Below, in pieces: positions 1 through 9,944 of a DNA stretch of 64,000 nt. The stretch's first letter is position 1. Each line of letters begins with the position of its first letter. A model generated the notes under the pieces. The model made no database searches. It was not told the DNA's origin and saw nothing but the letters and a program-made list of their open reading frames with translations. The stretch is from the IMG/VR virus record IMGVR_UViG_3300042566_002057, positions 64,001 to 128,000 of that record. One strand, 5' to 3'. Origin of the DNA: a virus. The position numbers and the translations under genes are program-made.

Positions 1-650
1 TTGAATCATTCAGTGGAATATATGAGATGACTGATGATGACTCATATATTCAAATAAAAGATGATAATATTACTATTGAATATGATAAGTATTTGAGCCT
101 TTCTAATCCATTTTCTTCAATTGATATTGTTAAGTCCTTACTTAGTAAGATTAGAATTAAACAAGAGTTTTTATCATCTGTAGATGATTATGTAAATAGT
201 TTTAATATAAATAAAAATACATTGGGTGTACACATAAGATTGACAGATATGAATAAATATCACACAAATGAGTATGGAAATTTATACTACGATGATTTTC
301 TAATGAAAATAAAAAAGGTATTAAAAGACAACAGTTCTATTGATAACATATTTATATCTTCTGATAATTATGAGTCAATTGAAAAAATAAAAAAAGATTT
401 GGATGATATTAAAATTAGTTATATAGAAAATATAAAAAGGTGTGAGTTGGAGACTTCAGATAATTATCAATTTCAACTTGATAATCTAAAGAGTGATGAG
501 TATATAAAAAGCACATTTACAGAAATGTATCTTTTATCAAAGTGTAGTTATCTAGTACATAGAATTTCTGGATTCGCTTTATTCGCCATACTATATAGTG
601 AAACTTTATCAGAGGATAGAGTTTTTCAAATAAAAAATGAAGAAAAATGA
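1..650 (+). CDS. Fucosyltransferase-like glycosyltransferase (GT11/GT23/NodZ-like), probably 5'-truncated by the window edge
   Basis: GVHIRLTD, IFISSD and LLSKCSYLV..ISGFA motifs; the frame is open upstream of ATG 27 to the window start. Confidence 0.6.
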   Translation, partial: ESFSGIYEMTDDDSYIQIKDDNITIEYDKYLSLSNPFSSIDIVKSLLSKIRIKQEFLSSVDDYVNSFNINKNTLGVHIRLTDMNKYHTNEYGNLYYDDFLMKIKKVLKDNSSIDNIFISSDNYESIEKIKKDLDDIKISYIENIKRCELETSDNYQFQLDNLKSDEYIKSTFTEMYLLSKCSYLVHRISGFALFAILYSETLSEDRVFQIKNEEK

Positions 651-1054
651 AGAAAATTTACTCAAAAATAGAATCTGAAAAACTGATTTGTTCAGTTATT
701 TCTTTAGAAGACATTGGTTCTTATCGAATAGATATTAGTCCGGAGAGTGAATTTTTACAAGTTAGTGCTAGAAGTCTAAATGATAAAGTATTTGTAAAGG
801 CACATAAACATAAACCTATTTTAAGAGAAACTACTATAACACAAGAGGCATGGATTGTACACAGAGGTAAAATAAAAGCAATGATATATGATATTGATAA
901 AACCTTTATAGAAGAAATTATCATAACTGATGGTGGTTGTATAGTTTTATATAATGGAGGTCATAGTCTCACTACACTTGAAGAAAACACCATATTTTAT
1001 GAGATTAAAACCGGTCCATATTTTGGTTATGAAAATGATAAAGAAGATATATGA
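647..1054 (+). CDS. Cupin-fold protein (WbuC-like, sugar-nucleotide pathway)
   Basis: HKH..QE and GGH..EIKTGPY cupin motifs; lies in a glycosylation operon. Confidence 0.6.
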   Translation: MKKIYSKIESEKLICSVISLEDIGSYRIDISPESEFLQVSARSLNDKVFVKAHKHKPILRETTITQEAWIVHRGKIKAMIYDIDKTFIEEIIITDGGCIVLYNGGHSLTTLEENTIFYEIKTGPYFGYENDKEDI

Positions 1055-1809
1055 TAACTGTCAATTTTAATCCATTAACCGATGATAAAAATATAGCACT
1101 TGGTAATCATATGTTTCAATATGCTGTCTGTAGAATAGTTGCTGAAAAAAATTCTTATAGTTTTTATATACCTCACAAAAGTTTTATTTCTCAGTGTTTT
1201 GAGAATATAGACCTAGGAGAAAAAAATGGTGAAATATTACATAATTACATTGAAAGTGCTGACCAAACATACGATCCTAATATTTTTTCTGTTTCAGACT
1301 TTACAAATTTAGTTGGTTATTTTCAAACTGAAAAATATTTTTTAGACTACGAAGACGATGTGAAAATGTGGTTCAAACCAACATTAGATAGTAAAACAAA
1401 AAGTATAATTGATAAATATCCAATATCTAAATATTGTTACATTCACTTAAGAGGAGGAGATTATAGAATTAATGGTTCACTATTACCCAAAGAGTATTTT
1501 GATAGAGCTATTGAAAAAGTCAAAGAGATTAAAAGTGACTTATCTTTTGTTGTTGTGACTGATGATTTAGAACTCTCTAAAAGTTATTTTCCAAACTTTG
1601 ATGCTATATCAAATGAAGTCATAACGGATTTTAAGACACTTTACTTTTCTAATTTTTCAATTATATCAAACTCATCATTCTCTTGGTGGTCAAGTTGGTT
1701 GACTGATAAAGAAATAACTATTGCTCCTAATAATTGGTTATATTATAACAATACAGCAAAAGATATTCATCCAAAAGACATTAAAACTAATAAATTTATA
1801 TTTATATGA
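1051..1809 (+). CDS. Alpha-1,2-fucosyltransferase (GT11)
   Basis: LGNHMFQYA, GYFQTEKYF, HLRGGDY and NSSFSWW signature motifs. Confidence 0.85.
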   Translation: MITVNFNPLTDDKNIALGNHMFQYAVCRIVAEKNSYSFYIPHKSFISQCFENIDLGEKNGEILHNYIESADQTYDPNIFSVSDFTNLVGYFQTEKYFLDYEDDVKMWFKPTLDSKTKSIIDKYPISKYCYIHLRGGDYRINGSLLPKEYFDRAIEKVKEIKSDLSFVVVTDDLELSKSYFPNFDAISNEVITDFKTLYFSNFSIISNSSFSWWSSWLTDKEITIAPNNWLYYNNTAKDIHPKDIKTNKFIFI

Positions 1810-2927
1810 AATTTGATTTTGTAATAGTTGGTTCTGGTTTCTTTGGTGCTATCTGTGCTTATGAACTAAATAAGAGCGGATATAAATGTTTAGTTTTAGA
1901 AAAGAGAAATCACATTGGTGGTAATTGTTATACTGAAAATAAAGACGGTATAAACATACACACTTACGGACCTCATATTTTTCACACATCAAATGAAAAT
2001 GTTTGGTCTTGGATAAACCAATTTGTAAGCTTCAACAACTTCACACTTAGACCGGTTGCAAATTATAAGGATGAGATTTACTCTTTACCATTTAATATGT
2101 GGACATTTTCTAAATTGTGGAATATAACTCATCCTGAACAAGCTAAAAAAATTATTGAAGAGCAATCTAAAGAAATTGAGGAACCTCAAAATCTTGAAGA
2201 ACAAGCAATAAAATTAGTTGGTAAAGATGTTTATTATAAGCTTATAAAAGGATATACTGAAAAACAGTGGAGAAAGTCAGCGACTGAACTTCCAAAAGAA
2301 ATTATTAAAAGACTTCCGGTAAGATTTACTTATGACAACAATTACTTTAATGATAAGTATCAAGGTATTCCAATTGGTGGATATACTCAAATTTTTGAGA
2401 AGTTGTTACAAGACATCGAAGTTAAATTAGAAGTAGATTACCTAAAAGATAAAGAATATTGGAACTCACAATCAAAGAGAGTAATTTATACCGGTCCAAT
2501 TGATGCTTATTTTGATTATCAATTTGGTGAACTAGAATATAAAACTACTGAATTTGACCATAAAAGAATTAAATCTGATAATTTTCAAGGAATTGCTATG
2601 ATGAATTTTACAGATATTGAAGTACCGTATACTAGATGTATTGAACATAAACACTTTGAGAACTCTGTATCAGATTCAACTTGGATTAGTTATGAGTATC
2701 CAGTGGAATATAATAAAACAAAAGAACCTTATTATCCAGTTAATGATAAAGTAAATAATGAAAAGTACACTGAATATAAAAATCTTTCACAGAGTATAGA
2801 AAATATTTATTTTGGTGGAAGATTAGCTGAATATAAATACTATGACATGCATCAAGTTATAGATAGTGCTCTTAAATTTGTAGATAACTTATTAGAATCT
2901 CTGAATGATTCCAGGAATTTCTCCTAA
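1806..2927 (+). CDS. glf: UDP-galactopyranose mutase
   Basis: GSGFFG FAD motif, HIGGNCY, YGPHIFHT, YFNDKYQGIP, GRLAEYKYYDMHQ. Confidence 0.95.
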   Translation: MKFDFVIVGSGFFGAICAYELNKSGYKCLVLEKRNHIGGNCYTENKDGINIHTYGPHIFHTSNENVWSWINQFVSFNNFTLRPVANYKDEIYSLPFNMWTFSKLWNITHPEQAKKIIEEQSKEIEEPQNLEEQAIKLVGKDVYYKLIKGYTEKQWRKSATELPKEIIKRLPVRFTYDNNYFNDKYQGIPIGGYTQIFEKLLQDIEVKLEVDYLKDKEYWNSQSKRVIYTGPIDAYFDYQFGELEYKTTEFDHKRIKSDNFQGIAMMNFTDIEVPYTRCIEHKHFENSVSDSTWISYEYPVEYNKTKEPYYPVNDKVNNEKYTEYKNLSQSIENIYFGGRLAEYKYYDMHQVIDSALKFVDNLLESLNDSRNFS

Positions 2928-3491
2928 TTCTAATACCTTACTCTTATCTAATACAAACTCAATATCGTAGAAATTAAAGTGGAATGTCAGTGTAAAATCT
3001 TGAGCATTTACTTTTTGTTGTGAGTAGTTAAAGTCTTGGTCAGAAAGACCTTTTAGAATTATTTCGTAGAATCTAATTACATAAATGGCATCTCTGTGTA
3101 TATCAACACATGTTATTGTAAACGGATAAATAAAAGAGTTTTCTGTATCTAAATAGTGTTTAGATATTATATCAAACATTAACCAATAATTTAAGTCAGA
3201 GTCTACTGATCTAAAAGTAAGTGTTAAATCGTGAGTAGTTGTTATATCTTGAATGTTTTTAGCTGGTTTGAATTGTCTTTCTTTACCTCTAATTAATATT
3301 TGTTTCGGCATATCAAAACTTATACCTGGAAAATTTACCGATTTGATAGTTGAATTTAAGTAATCAATAATATTTTCATACTGAATCCAATTTTTTTCTA
3401 ATATAGGTTTATAAGTATCCAGAATCTCTGATGGTAGAAAATCTGAGGGCAAATTGAATATAAACTGACTACTCTGACTATTTAATCTCAT
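2892..3491 (-). CDS. Putative tail-tube-fold protein (T4 gp19/gp3-like)
   Basis: SVNFPGIS, LTLTF..D.D..YW and FTLTFHFNFY pattern typical of T4-like tube/terminator proteins; late-type operon. Confidence 0.5.
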   Translation of the reverse strand: MRLNSQSSQFIFNLPSDFLPSEILDTYKPILEKNWIQYENIIDYLNSTIKSVNFPGISFDMPKQILIRGKERQFKPAKNIQDITTTHDLTLTFRSVDSDLNYWLMFDIISKHYLDTENSFIYPFTITCVDIHRDAIYVIRFYEIILKGLSDQDFNYSQQKVNAQDFTLTFHFNFYDIEFVLDKSKVLELGEIPGIIQRF

Positions 3492-5551
3492 TTACCTTTT
3501 AATTTTTTTAGTTTTTCTTGTGCGTCAACTAATCCAGTTGATTTCTTAAATGGTGAATTTTCTTTTGTTATTCCAGTTTCTTTAATAATTTGTTGAGTCT
3601 CACTTTTTATAGTATCATCTAAAATTATCTGTTGATTTAATGTCGCTGGAGGTGTTTTCTTATTTAAGTCTGCTGCTTGTTTATTCAACTCAGCAACGTT
3701 AACTTTATTATCAAATATTTTAAATAAACCGGTATAAATAACTGAAGTATTGGATTTACTAGAACCAATAATATAAAACACATTAATTCCGGAATCAAAA
3801 ATTGCTTTTATGTCCTTAAACTTACTTTGCGGTAATTTAAATACACACTGACCACCTTTTAAGTCAACTACACCAGCTTCTATATAAAGTGGAGCTGATA
3901 CTTCTGTTTTATCGTTCTTAATAACCATTTTAATCTCATCAAACAATGACATATCAAAATACTGTGGTGATGTCGACAAACCAGTAGCAATTGAGAATCT
4001 TACTATATTATCAAATGGATATAAAAGAACTTGAATTTGACCATTTCCAAAAAATGTTTGTGAATTAAACACCGCATTTTCAGACTTAGCAATAACATTA
4101 AACCTATCAACCAATACTGGAAAAGGAACCTGTACTGTTTCAACAACAACATTTGATCCACCTTGAGACATCGGTGTCATTGTGGTTGTTGGTGATGATA
4201 TGTTACTTGTTGCATTTGATATAAGACCATTAGGATCGTTTGGTGACAGTGATGACTGTTGCATAGACTGAGATAGTTGTAATATGTTTGTAGACGTTCC
4301 TAATATAGTAGCGGCTGAGTTTGGTGATATTATTTGTGGAGGTCTCGGTGGTAAATTCTTTAATTTCAACATACCCATTGAGTTTCCAATACCAACCAAC
4401 GAAGGATCTATAGCATTTTTAATGTTATAAATTTTAGGTTTAGATGCTTTATTTAAGTTAATCTTAATTAACCTAAGTGAATATTTAGATACTTCATCCT
4501 GTAACATACCATAAGAAGCTCTTCTTATAATGTATGAATCATCAACAGCATCTATTAATCTCATTTCAACATCTATAATAGCAGTCGTAGTTGAATACTT
4601 TATAATAGGTCTAAATTCAATTGTCTCATTAAAATTCTCAGTAACAACTGTTGTAATAGTTTTTCCTCTAATATTTTGTTCATACATTGTTATGTTGTAT
4701 TGAACATAAAATCTATTTCCTAAGTAATATGAGTCATCAATAAATTGTTTGAATCCCGCGATTGTGCCATTATAAGTACCGTAGATTTCAAAGAAATCAC
4801 CATTTGGACTTTGTTCAATCATTAAACCTAAACTCTCGAACTCTGGAGTTTGAGGAAGAGAAGTAGAAACTTTTGGTGATAACAAGTAAGTAGTTACAGC
4901 ATTAATAGTCTGAACTGAATTGATAAAGTGAAAATCAATGAAAATAGGTGTAGTGGTATTGAAACCGTTTCCATCAGACAATATTGAATTTAGACTATTC
5001 TCTTTTGGTCTGTTATCTACTCTTTGATTAGAAACAGCACCTAATGCTGGAATCTGAATTGTTATGTTCTTACCCCAAAGTTTCTCCTGAAATAAAAGAG
5101 GTGGTGACGTAAAGTTCATCAGATACTGTTGACTGATATCAGTCATATCAAAATAAAAATTACTTAAGTCGTATGTTCTTTGATTTTCTATATCATAAGC
5201 GAAAACTCGCATATAAAATCCAAGATATTCACCAAATGTCCAGTTAATAGGTAAGTGAACTCTTACACTATCATGTTTTGTTGGTGATGATATACCATAG
5301 TTTTTAATTTGTAAAAATGAGTAAAATGATGTATCTATTTTACCAAATCTGTTTGATACATTATCTAACTTGAAAAGTTGATTACCAACTGTATTCCCAG
5401 TAGCAGATGCGTCAGTTGCCATATAAGAGTTCAACTGATTTTTACTGTTTACTAATATATCATAAGACTCTGATAAGATGTTAGAATCGTCGTAGATATA
5501 TTCTATCAAAACATTCTTGTCTACTTTTAGAAATTTACTTACTTTTGACAT
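3488..5551 (-). CDS. Large hypothetical protein, probably virion structural
   Basis: 687 aa, beta-rich with a S/T/P low-complexity linker; late-type promoter; co-transcribed with the tube-like gene. Confidence 0.4.
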   Translation of the reverse strand: MSKVSKFLKVDKNVLIEYIYDDSNILSESYDILVNSKNQLNSYMATDASATGNTVGNQLFKLDNVSNRFGKIDTSFYSFLQIKNYGISSPTKHDSVRVHLPINWTFGEYLGFYMRVFAYDIENQRTYDLSNFYFDMTDISQQYLMNFTSPPLLFQEKLWGKNITIQIPALGAVSNQRVDNRPKENSLNSILSDGNGFNTTTPIFIDFHFINSVQTINAVTTYLLSPKVSTSLPQTPEFESLGLMIEQSPNGDFFEIYGTYNGTIAGFKQFIDDSYYLGNRFYVQYNITMYEQNIRGKTITTVVTENFNETIEFRPIIKYSTTTAIIDVEMRLIDAVDDSYIIRRASYGMLQDEVSKYSLRLIKINLNKASKPKIYNIKNAIDPSLVGIGNSMGMLKLKNLPPRPPQIISPNSAATILGTSTNILQLSQSMQQSSLSPNDPNGLISNATSNISSPTTTMTPMSQGGSNVVVETVQVPFPVLVDRFNVIAKSENAVFNSQTFFGNGQIQVLLYPFDNIVRFSIATGLSTSPQYFDMSLFDEIKMVIKNDKTEVSAPLYIEAGVVDLKGGQCVFKLPQSKFKDIKAIFDSGINVFYIIGSSKSNTSVIYTGLFKIFDNKVNVAELNKQAADLNKKTPPATLNQQIILDDTIKSETQQIIKETGITKENSPFKKSTGLVDAQEKLKKLKGK

Positions 5552-5580
5552 TACTACTGGTTAGAATTTAATGTATATAT

Positions 5581-5616
5581 AAAAAAAGAAAACCTTTCTC
5601 TCAAGAAAGGTTTTCT
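5581..5616 (-). terminator. Intrinsic terminator
   Basis: AGAAAACCTTTCT-CTCA-AGAAAGGTTTTCT hairpin followed by a T-run on the minus strand. Confidence 0.8.
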
Positions 5617-5996
5617 CTAATAAGTCTTTGTTTGACATATTCTATAATGACATTTTCGGGTATATCTCCGTGTTTTATTTTGATAGCTCTCCACAATTCT
5701 TGTTCTTCAAGACCAAGTTTTTCAACTTGTTTATTAAGTGGGTCTACAAGTTTCTGTAGTTTCTGACCTTCAATTTCAAATTCTTGAACCACCTTTGCTA
5801 ACTCACCGACCGCTTCTTCAACAGAATTTCTATCATCAGCAAAATTTTCTTGAATATCTTCTACTTTGTGAATTAGATTATCAATATTTGCGGTAATTTC
5901 TCTAGCTCTTCTTTTATATAAATCTAAATTAGAATTTACTTTAAGATATTCTCTTCTTATTCTAACAGCCGCATTTACAAAATTTTCGTCAATCAT
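5601..5996 (-). CDS. Hypothetical coiled-coil protein
   Basis: 131 aa helical heptad pattern. Confidence 0.5.
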   Translation of the reverse strand: MIDENFVNAAVRIRREYLKVNSNLDLYKRRAREITANIDNLIHKVEDIQENFADDRNSVEEAVGELAKVVQEFEIEGQKLQKLVDPLNKQVEKLGLEEQELWRAIKIKHGDIPENVIIEYVKQRLIRENLS

Positions 5997-6958
5997 TATT
6001 TGGAAGTTTCTTTTTTAGCTCTAGGTTTTCTAGTAGTTTTTGGTTTTGTTGGAGTCTCAATATCTTTTGTTAAAACCGGTTCTTTCTCAAAAGAAAGTGG
6101 TTCATGTTTTTCAACTTGTGTAACTGAATCTGTTATTTGTGGATTAACAGGTGTTGTAGTAGTATCAGCTCCATATACAACTTCTTTAATTTTTTGTCTA
6201 ATCATATCTTCAATCATTTGAGGATTTGACAAAATATTTTGAGTAAACTCTGATGCTAAGAAATCAATAATACTAGTGTTATAAGAATCTTCCATCATTT
6301 CAATAAAGTCAGGTCGAGGAATTCTGTTTTTAATTTCAAGTGAAATTGAAAAATCTTTTATTCTTTTTACGTTCTTAAACATATTTATAATAGGATCCTC
6401 AGTTTGTGTTTGAGTAACTTCTGGTTGATTATAATTAACTTCTTGAGGGGTAGGATCTCTATTTACTTCTACTCTCATCACAGGCTCATCGACTATTGGA
6501 GGTCTTTGTGTTACAACTGGTAATTCATCTTCTGAATCTTCACCTAAAATTTTAGCAAAGGCTTGTTGTTGATTCATTACTTGTGGTGAACTATCAATAG
6601 AAGCTCCATATTTTCTAGCCAGTTCAGCTTTTTCATCTTCTTCAGTAGTCATAACAATAGCACTTTCATTTACTGCCGGTGAAAGTTCTCCACCAAATCT
6701 TGAAGATATTTCTTCAGGATCATCTTGCATCATATTTGTTGGGATATTTTTTATTTTATCTGCTAAAATATTATAAGCACCTTGGTTGTTGAAAAAGTTA
6801 AGAGGGTCTATTTGTTCGGTGAAGTGATTTGTATCAGTTAGAGTCCTAACATCTAGTTTTTGTTTATTTTCGAGAATTGCGATGTTCTCAAAAGAATCAA
6901 TAACTTTGACAACTTCTCCTGTTTTATTATTTCTGAAAGTTTTATTGGCTAAATTCAT
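5996..6958 (-). CDS. Hypothetical protein (true start probably ATG 6958, MNLANK)
   Basis: The ORF-track extension to 7090 runs through a terminator and a promoter motif at 6983-7011. Confidence 0.55.
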   Translation of the reverse strand: MNLANKTFRNNKTGEVVKVIDSFENIAILENKQKLDVRTLTDTNHFTEQIDPLNFFNNQGAYNILADKIKNIPTNMMQDDPEEISSRFGGELSPAVNESAIVMTTEEDEKAELARKYGASIDSSPQVMNQQQAFAKILGEDSEDELPVVTQRPPIVDEPVMRVEVNRDPTPQEVNYNQPEVTQTQTEDPIINMFKNVKRIKDFSISLEIKNRIPRPDFIEMMEDSYNTSIIDFLASEFTQNILSNPQMIEDMIRQKIKEVVYGADTTTTPVNPQITDSVTQVEKHEPLSFEKEPVLTKDIETPTKPKTTRKPRAKKETSK

Positions 6959-7020
6959 CTGGGTAAATTTTATTTTTCTTCTATTTATATAAGAATTAGT
7001 TCTTTTGTTTAAGTATATAA

Positions 7021-7048
7021 AAAAAAATCCCATATTTCTATGGGATTT
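7021..7048 (-). terminator. Intrinsic terminator after the SSB gene
   Basis: AAATCCCATA-TTTC-TATGGGATTT hairpin with T-run. Confidence 0.75.
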
Positions 7049-7067
7049 AATTTTTTCAGAGTTACTA

Positions 7068-8036
7068 TTATAAATCTGAGAAGAAATCATCTTCTTCTTC
7101 AGTTACTGATTTAGTGTTTGAAGACGAAGTTGAACTGAAATTATCATCAAAATCGAAATCATCAGAAGATGGTTTTGACTCTTGTTTCGCTGCGTTGAAC
7201 GAACCAGATGATTTTCCAGTCAAGAAATTTGTGATTTCTGTAATTTTTGACTGTTGTTCTTCAGTAAGAGATTTTGGTGAAAACTCTTCTAAGTGATGCT
7301 CACGGTCTAATAAGAAATCTTTGATTTTACCTTGAACAGATGCTTCAATTTTACCTTCGTTAAGAGGAGCATTCTTGAATGCTTGTTTCTCTTTAAAGTA
7401 GATAGGAAGAGAAGAAGTCTCAGGCTTAAACATACTCATTTTGTAATCAGGGTATGTTTCATCACCAGTTTGGATTTCTTTTACTACAAGTACGAAATCT
7501 TTACCAGCTGCCAAGTCAAAGACATTACAAGGAACACCAGAGATTTCTCCGTTTTTCTCAGCTTGAATTTTATCTTTGATTGTTTTACCATATTGGAAGA
7601 TTAAAATCTTACCAACTAATTCTGGTTGTTGCTCATCTTCAATAACTAAAACATAAGAGTAGTATTTCTTAGAATACTTTAACATCTTAGATTTTTCGAT
7701 TAAGATTGCGTTTTTAGAATTTTGCATTGTGTAGTACAAATCTGTCAAAGGACACTTCTCGTTGAAGTTCTTTGGAGAGTCAAACCATCCGCTTAATTCT
7801 TTTTGATTTTTGATATCAACATAGTGAGTAATTTTCTCAATTGCTGATTGACCAACTTTACCTTCTTGTGTTAAGTTAGGAAGAAATCTTACTACAGATC
7901 TCCATCCTCTTTTTTTGTCCTTACATTTAGAAAGGTCAACTCGATAAATACCGTCGTTGTTTGTTGCTTTTTGTTCATTAAGGAAGTCCATTTTGGTGTC
8001 CAAACTGCCGTTAAATAAGTCATCTAATTCTGCCAT
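7068..8036 (-). CDS. Single-stranded DNA-binding protein, T4 gp32-like
   Basis: VRFLP, VLVIEDEQQPELVGKILIFQYGKTI, FDLAAGKDFVL, YPDY..S.F; acidic tail ending DDFFSDL. Confidence 0.85.
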   Translation of the reverse strand: MAELDDLFNGSLDTKMDFLNEQKATNNDGIYRVDLSKCKDKKRGWRSVVRFLPNLTQEGKVGQSAIEKITHYVDIKNQKELSGWFDSPKNFNEKCPLTDLYYTMQNSKNAILIEKSKMLKYSKKYYSYVLVIEDEQQPELVGKILIFQYGKTIKDKIQAEKNGEISGVPCNVFDLAAGKDFVLVVKEIQTGDETYPDYKMSMFKPETSSLPIYFKEKQAFKNAPLNEGKIEASVQGKIKDFLLDREHHLEEFSPKSLTEEQQSKITEITNFLTGKSSGSFNAAKQESKPSSDDFDFDDNFSSTSSSNTKSVTEEEDDFFSDL

Positions 8037-8080
8037 AATTGCTTTTTATTTTTTGTTATTCAGGAATTTATCCTGATAAT

Positions 8081-8110
8081 ATTTATATCAATGTTAATTG
8101 AAAAAGTTTA
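8081..8110 (-). promoter_or_regulatory. Class B (putative middle) promoter TAAACTT-N16-TATAAAT upstream of SSB
   Basis: Same bipartite motif at 6983-7011(-), 19089-19116, 25197-25226(-), 26855-26884, 31315-31344, 31382-31409, 39151-39180(-), 44099-44128(-), 44514-44543(-), 62275-62302. Confidence 0.7.
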
Positions 8111-8205
8111 GTTATTTTTTAATTAGTTTTTTGTTTTTTACACAGATATATTATTATATTTTACTATAAAAATATGTTTTATTTTGAGATTGTAATTTTG
8201 TAAGA

Positions 8206-9198
8206 TTACAGACCGAATCTTGATTTAGTTAAATTCCAAATAGATTCAATTTCTGAGTTACCTAAAGCTTTGTCATAGATATCAACTGTGGCTAATCTGC
8301 CACCCCAATAATCAGATAAATCCCATCTTTCCATTAATCGTATACCAGCACCTGATGATGTTGGTGTTCCTGTATAATTAGTACTATCAACTAATGTATT
8401 ATTAACGTATAATTTAATAGTTGAACCATCATAAGTTCCAACAATATAATACCAATTATTTGGAGTTAATGAATAACCATCAGTAATTCTCCAACTACCA
8501 TTAAAGAATCCCACACTAAATGGTGCAAGATTTTTACCAAGTGAATAATTTATACCTCCACCAATAAAGGTTTCAGTTACGATACAAGGAGCAGCACCTG
8601 TCTCTGTTCCTGTATAATAATGCCAAACAGCAACTGACCAAGTACCTAAGCTTGGTAAACTTGTTGAACATCTTACAGATTGTGATAACGAGGTATTAAA
8701 GTTAAAATAACCTCCATTACTTGCAGACCAAGTGGGTGAGTTGTATAATACAAATGATTTTGATCCAATAGAATCTATCCAATCACCACTTGTATAATCA
8801 GCAGCATCTAAAGATAAGACAGGTATTGCAATATCACTATAACTTGTCCAGTATCCATTACTTTCTAACCAAGTTTTTGCGTCTATAGCAGAGGTTGCTT
8901 GGTAACCTGATACAACTTTTACTAAATCAATAAACTCATTATCATCAAAATTATCCGTTCTAAAAAAACCAACACTACCTGTATTACCATCATTTGGTGT
9001 TGGTTGGTCTTCTGTTGCAACTGTTGTTGCAATAATATATCCTAAATCCTCATCAGCTCCACTCCACCATTTAACTCCAGAGTAATTTGAATTGTAAGGA
9101 TTAGACGCATCAACTCCAACTAAAAGATCGCCATATCTTTCAGTTCCGCTAGGTGTTCCACCACCTGTATATCTAGCAAAAAGTCTTGTTGTAGCCAT
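8206..9198 (-). CDS. LamG/concanavalin-like domain protein, probably virion-associated
   Basis: NNWYYIVGTYDGSTIKLYVN and IYDKAL..EI..WN LamG motifs; late-type promoter. Confidence 0.75.
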   Translation of the reverse strand: MATTRLFARYTGGGTPSGTERYGDLLVGVDASNPYNSNYSGVKWWSGADEDLGYIIATTVATEDQPTPNDGNTGSVGFFRTDNFDDNEFIDLVKVVSGYQATSAIDAKTWLESNGYWTSYSDIAIPVLSLDAADYTSGDWIDSIGSKSFVLYNSPTWSASNGGYFNFNTSLSQSVRCSTSLPSLGTWSVAVWHYYTGTETGAAPCIVTETFIGGGINYSLGKNLAPFSVGFFNGSWRITDGYSLTPNNWYYIVGTYDGSTIKLYVNNTLVDSTNYTGTPTSSGAGIRLMERWDLSDYWGGRLATVDIYDKALGNSEIESIWNLTKSRFGL

Positions 9199-9201
9199 AA
9201 A

Positions 9202-9212
9202 CTATATATTAA
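9202..9212 (-). promoter_or_regulatory. Class C (putative late) promoter TTAATATATAG
   Basis: W-W-ATATATA motif repeated just upstream of starts at 5573, 11837, 14927, 16632, 19081, 21311, 26848, 31061, 34737, 37196, 46086, 49787, 59647, 60640 (all -) and 28585, 29965, 34790, 54327 (+); reminiscent of the T4 late promoter TATAAATA. Confidence 0.7.
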
Positions 9213-9944
9213 TTATAAAAAGTGATGCGTGATGACTTTACTTAGATCGGTTGAAACCATACTAGATTTAAGAACACTATATGATTCATCACTACATTTG
9301 ATAAACTCTACTTCACCTCTTGCCAAAGTAACTACATCACCGTTTTCCTCATCAACATAATCTTCTAACCAAAATCCTAAAAGTGGTCTAAACTCAGTTG
9401 CCTGATAAACTCGTTTTAGAACATCAACAATTTCTGGTAAATCTTTTTTATCAAAATCACCAATTGAAAACATCATTATTGGATAAGCTTTGATTTTACC
9501 ATTTTCAATATTTTCAATAAATAATTCATCTTTTGTTTTATTAGTTAATCCAGATTGTCTTATCTTAGATACTGAATTTTTAACATCATCTAAAAAGATA
9601 TATTCTTTTCTATTATCAAGTATTTTTTTGTTAAGAGGGGTATCTGGATTGCCAAATGTAAGTGATTCAGGATTTAAAAAAAGTTCTTCCCATGTTTGGC
9701 CAAGTAATTCATCTGGTTTTCTAAATTCCCAATTTTCTGGATAACTTGTCATATCATAATATAAGTCAGATTGAATTTGTCTAGTCCACATATAAGGAAA
9801 ATAAAGATATCCTGAGTCAATAAATTCACATTTAGAAATAATATTATCATCTAATAATTCAATTAAAATATCTTTTATATCTTCTGGATTAGCGAATATT
9901 TGGGTATTAGACTCAAATAATTTATATGACTTAAGAAATTTCAT
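9213..9944 (-). CDS. Hypothetical protein with N-terminal capsid-targeting-like tag
   Basis: Starts MKFLKSYKLFES. Confidence 0.6.
   Translation of the reverse strand: MKFLKSYKLFESNTQIFANPEDIKDILIELLDDNIISKCEFIDSGYLYFPYMWTRQIQSDLYYDMTSYPENWEFRKPDELLGQTWEELFLNPESLTFGNPDTPLNKKILDNRKEYIFLDDVKNSVSKIRQSGLTNKTKDELFIENIENGKIKAYPIMMFSIGDFDKKDLPEIVDVLKRVYQATEFRPLLGFWLEDYVDEENGDVVTLARGEVEFIKCSDESYSVLKSSMVSTDLSKVITHHFL

Noticed and set aside
6959-7090. N-terminal extension of ORF 5996-7090
   Set aside because: It overlaps the SSB stop, a terminator hairpin and a class B promoter; ATG 6958 is the better start.
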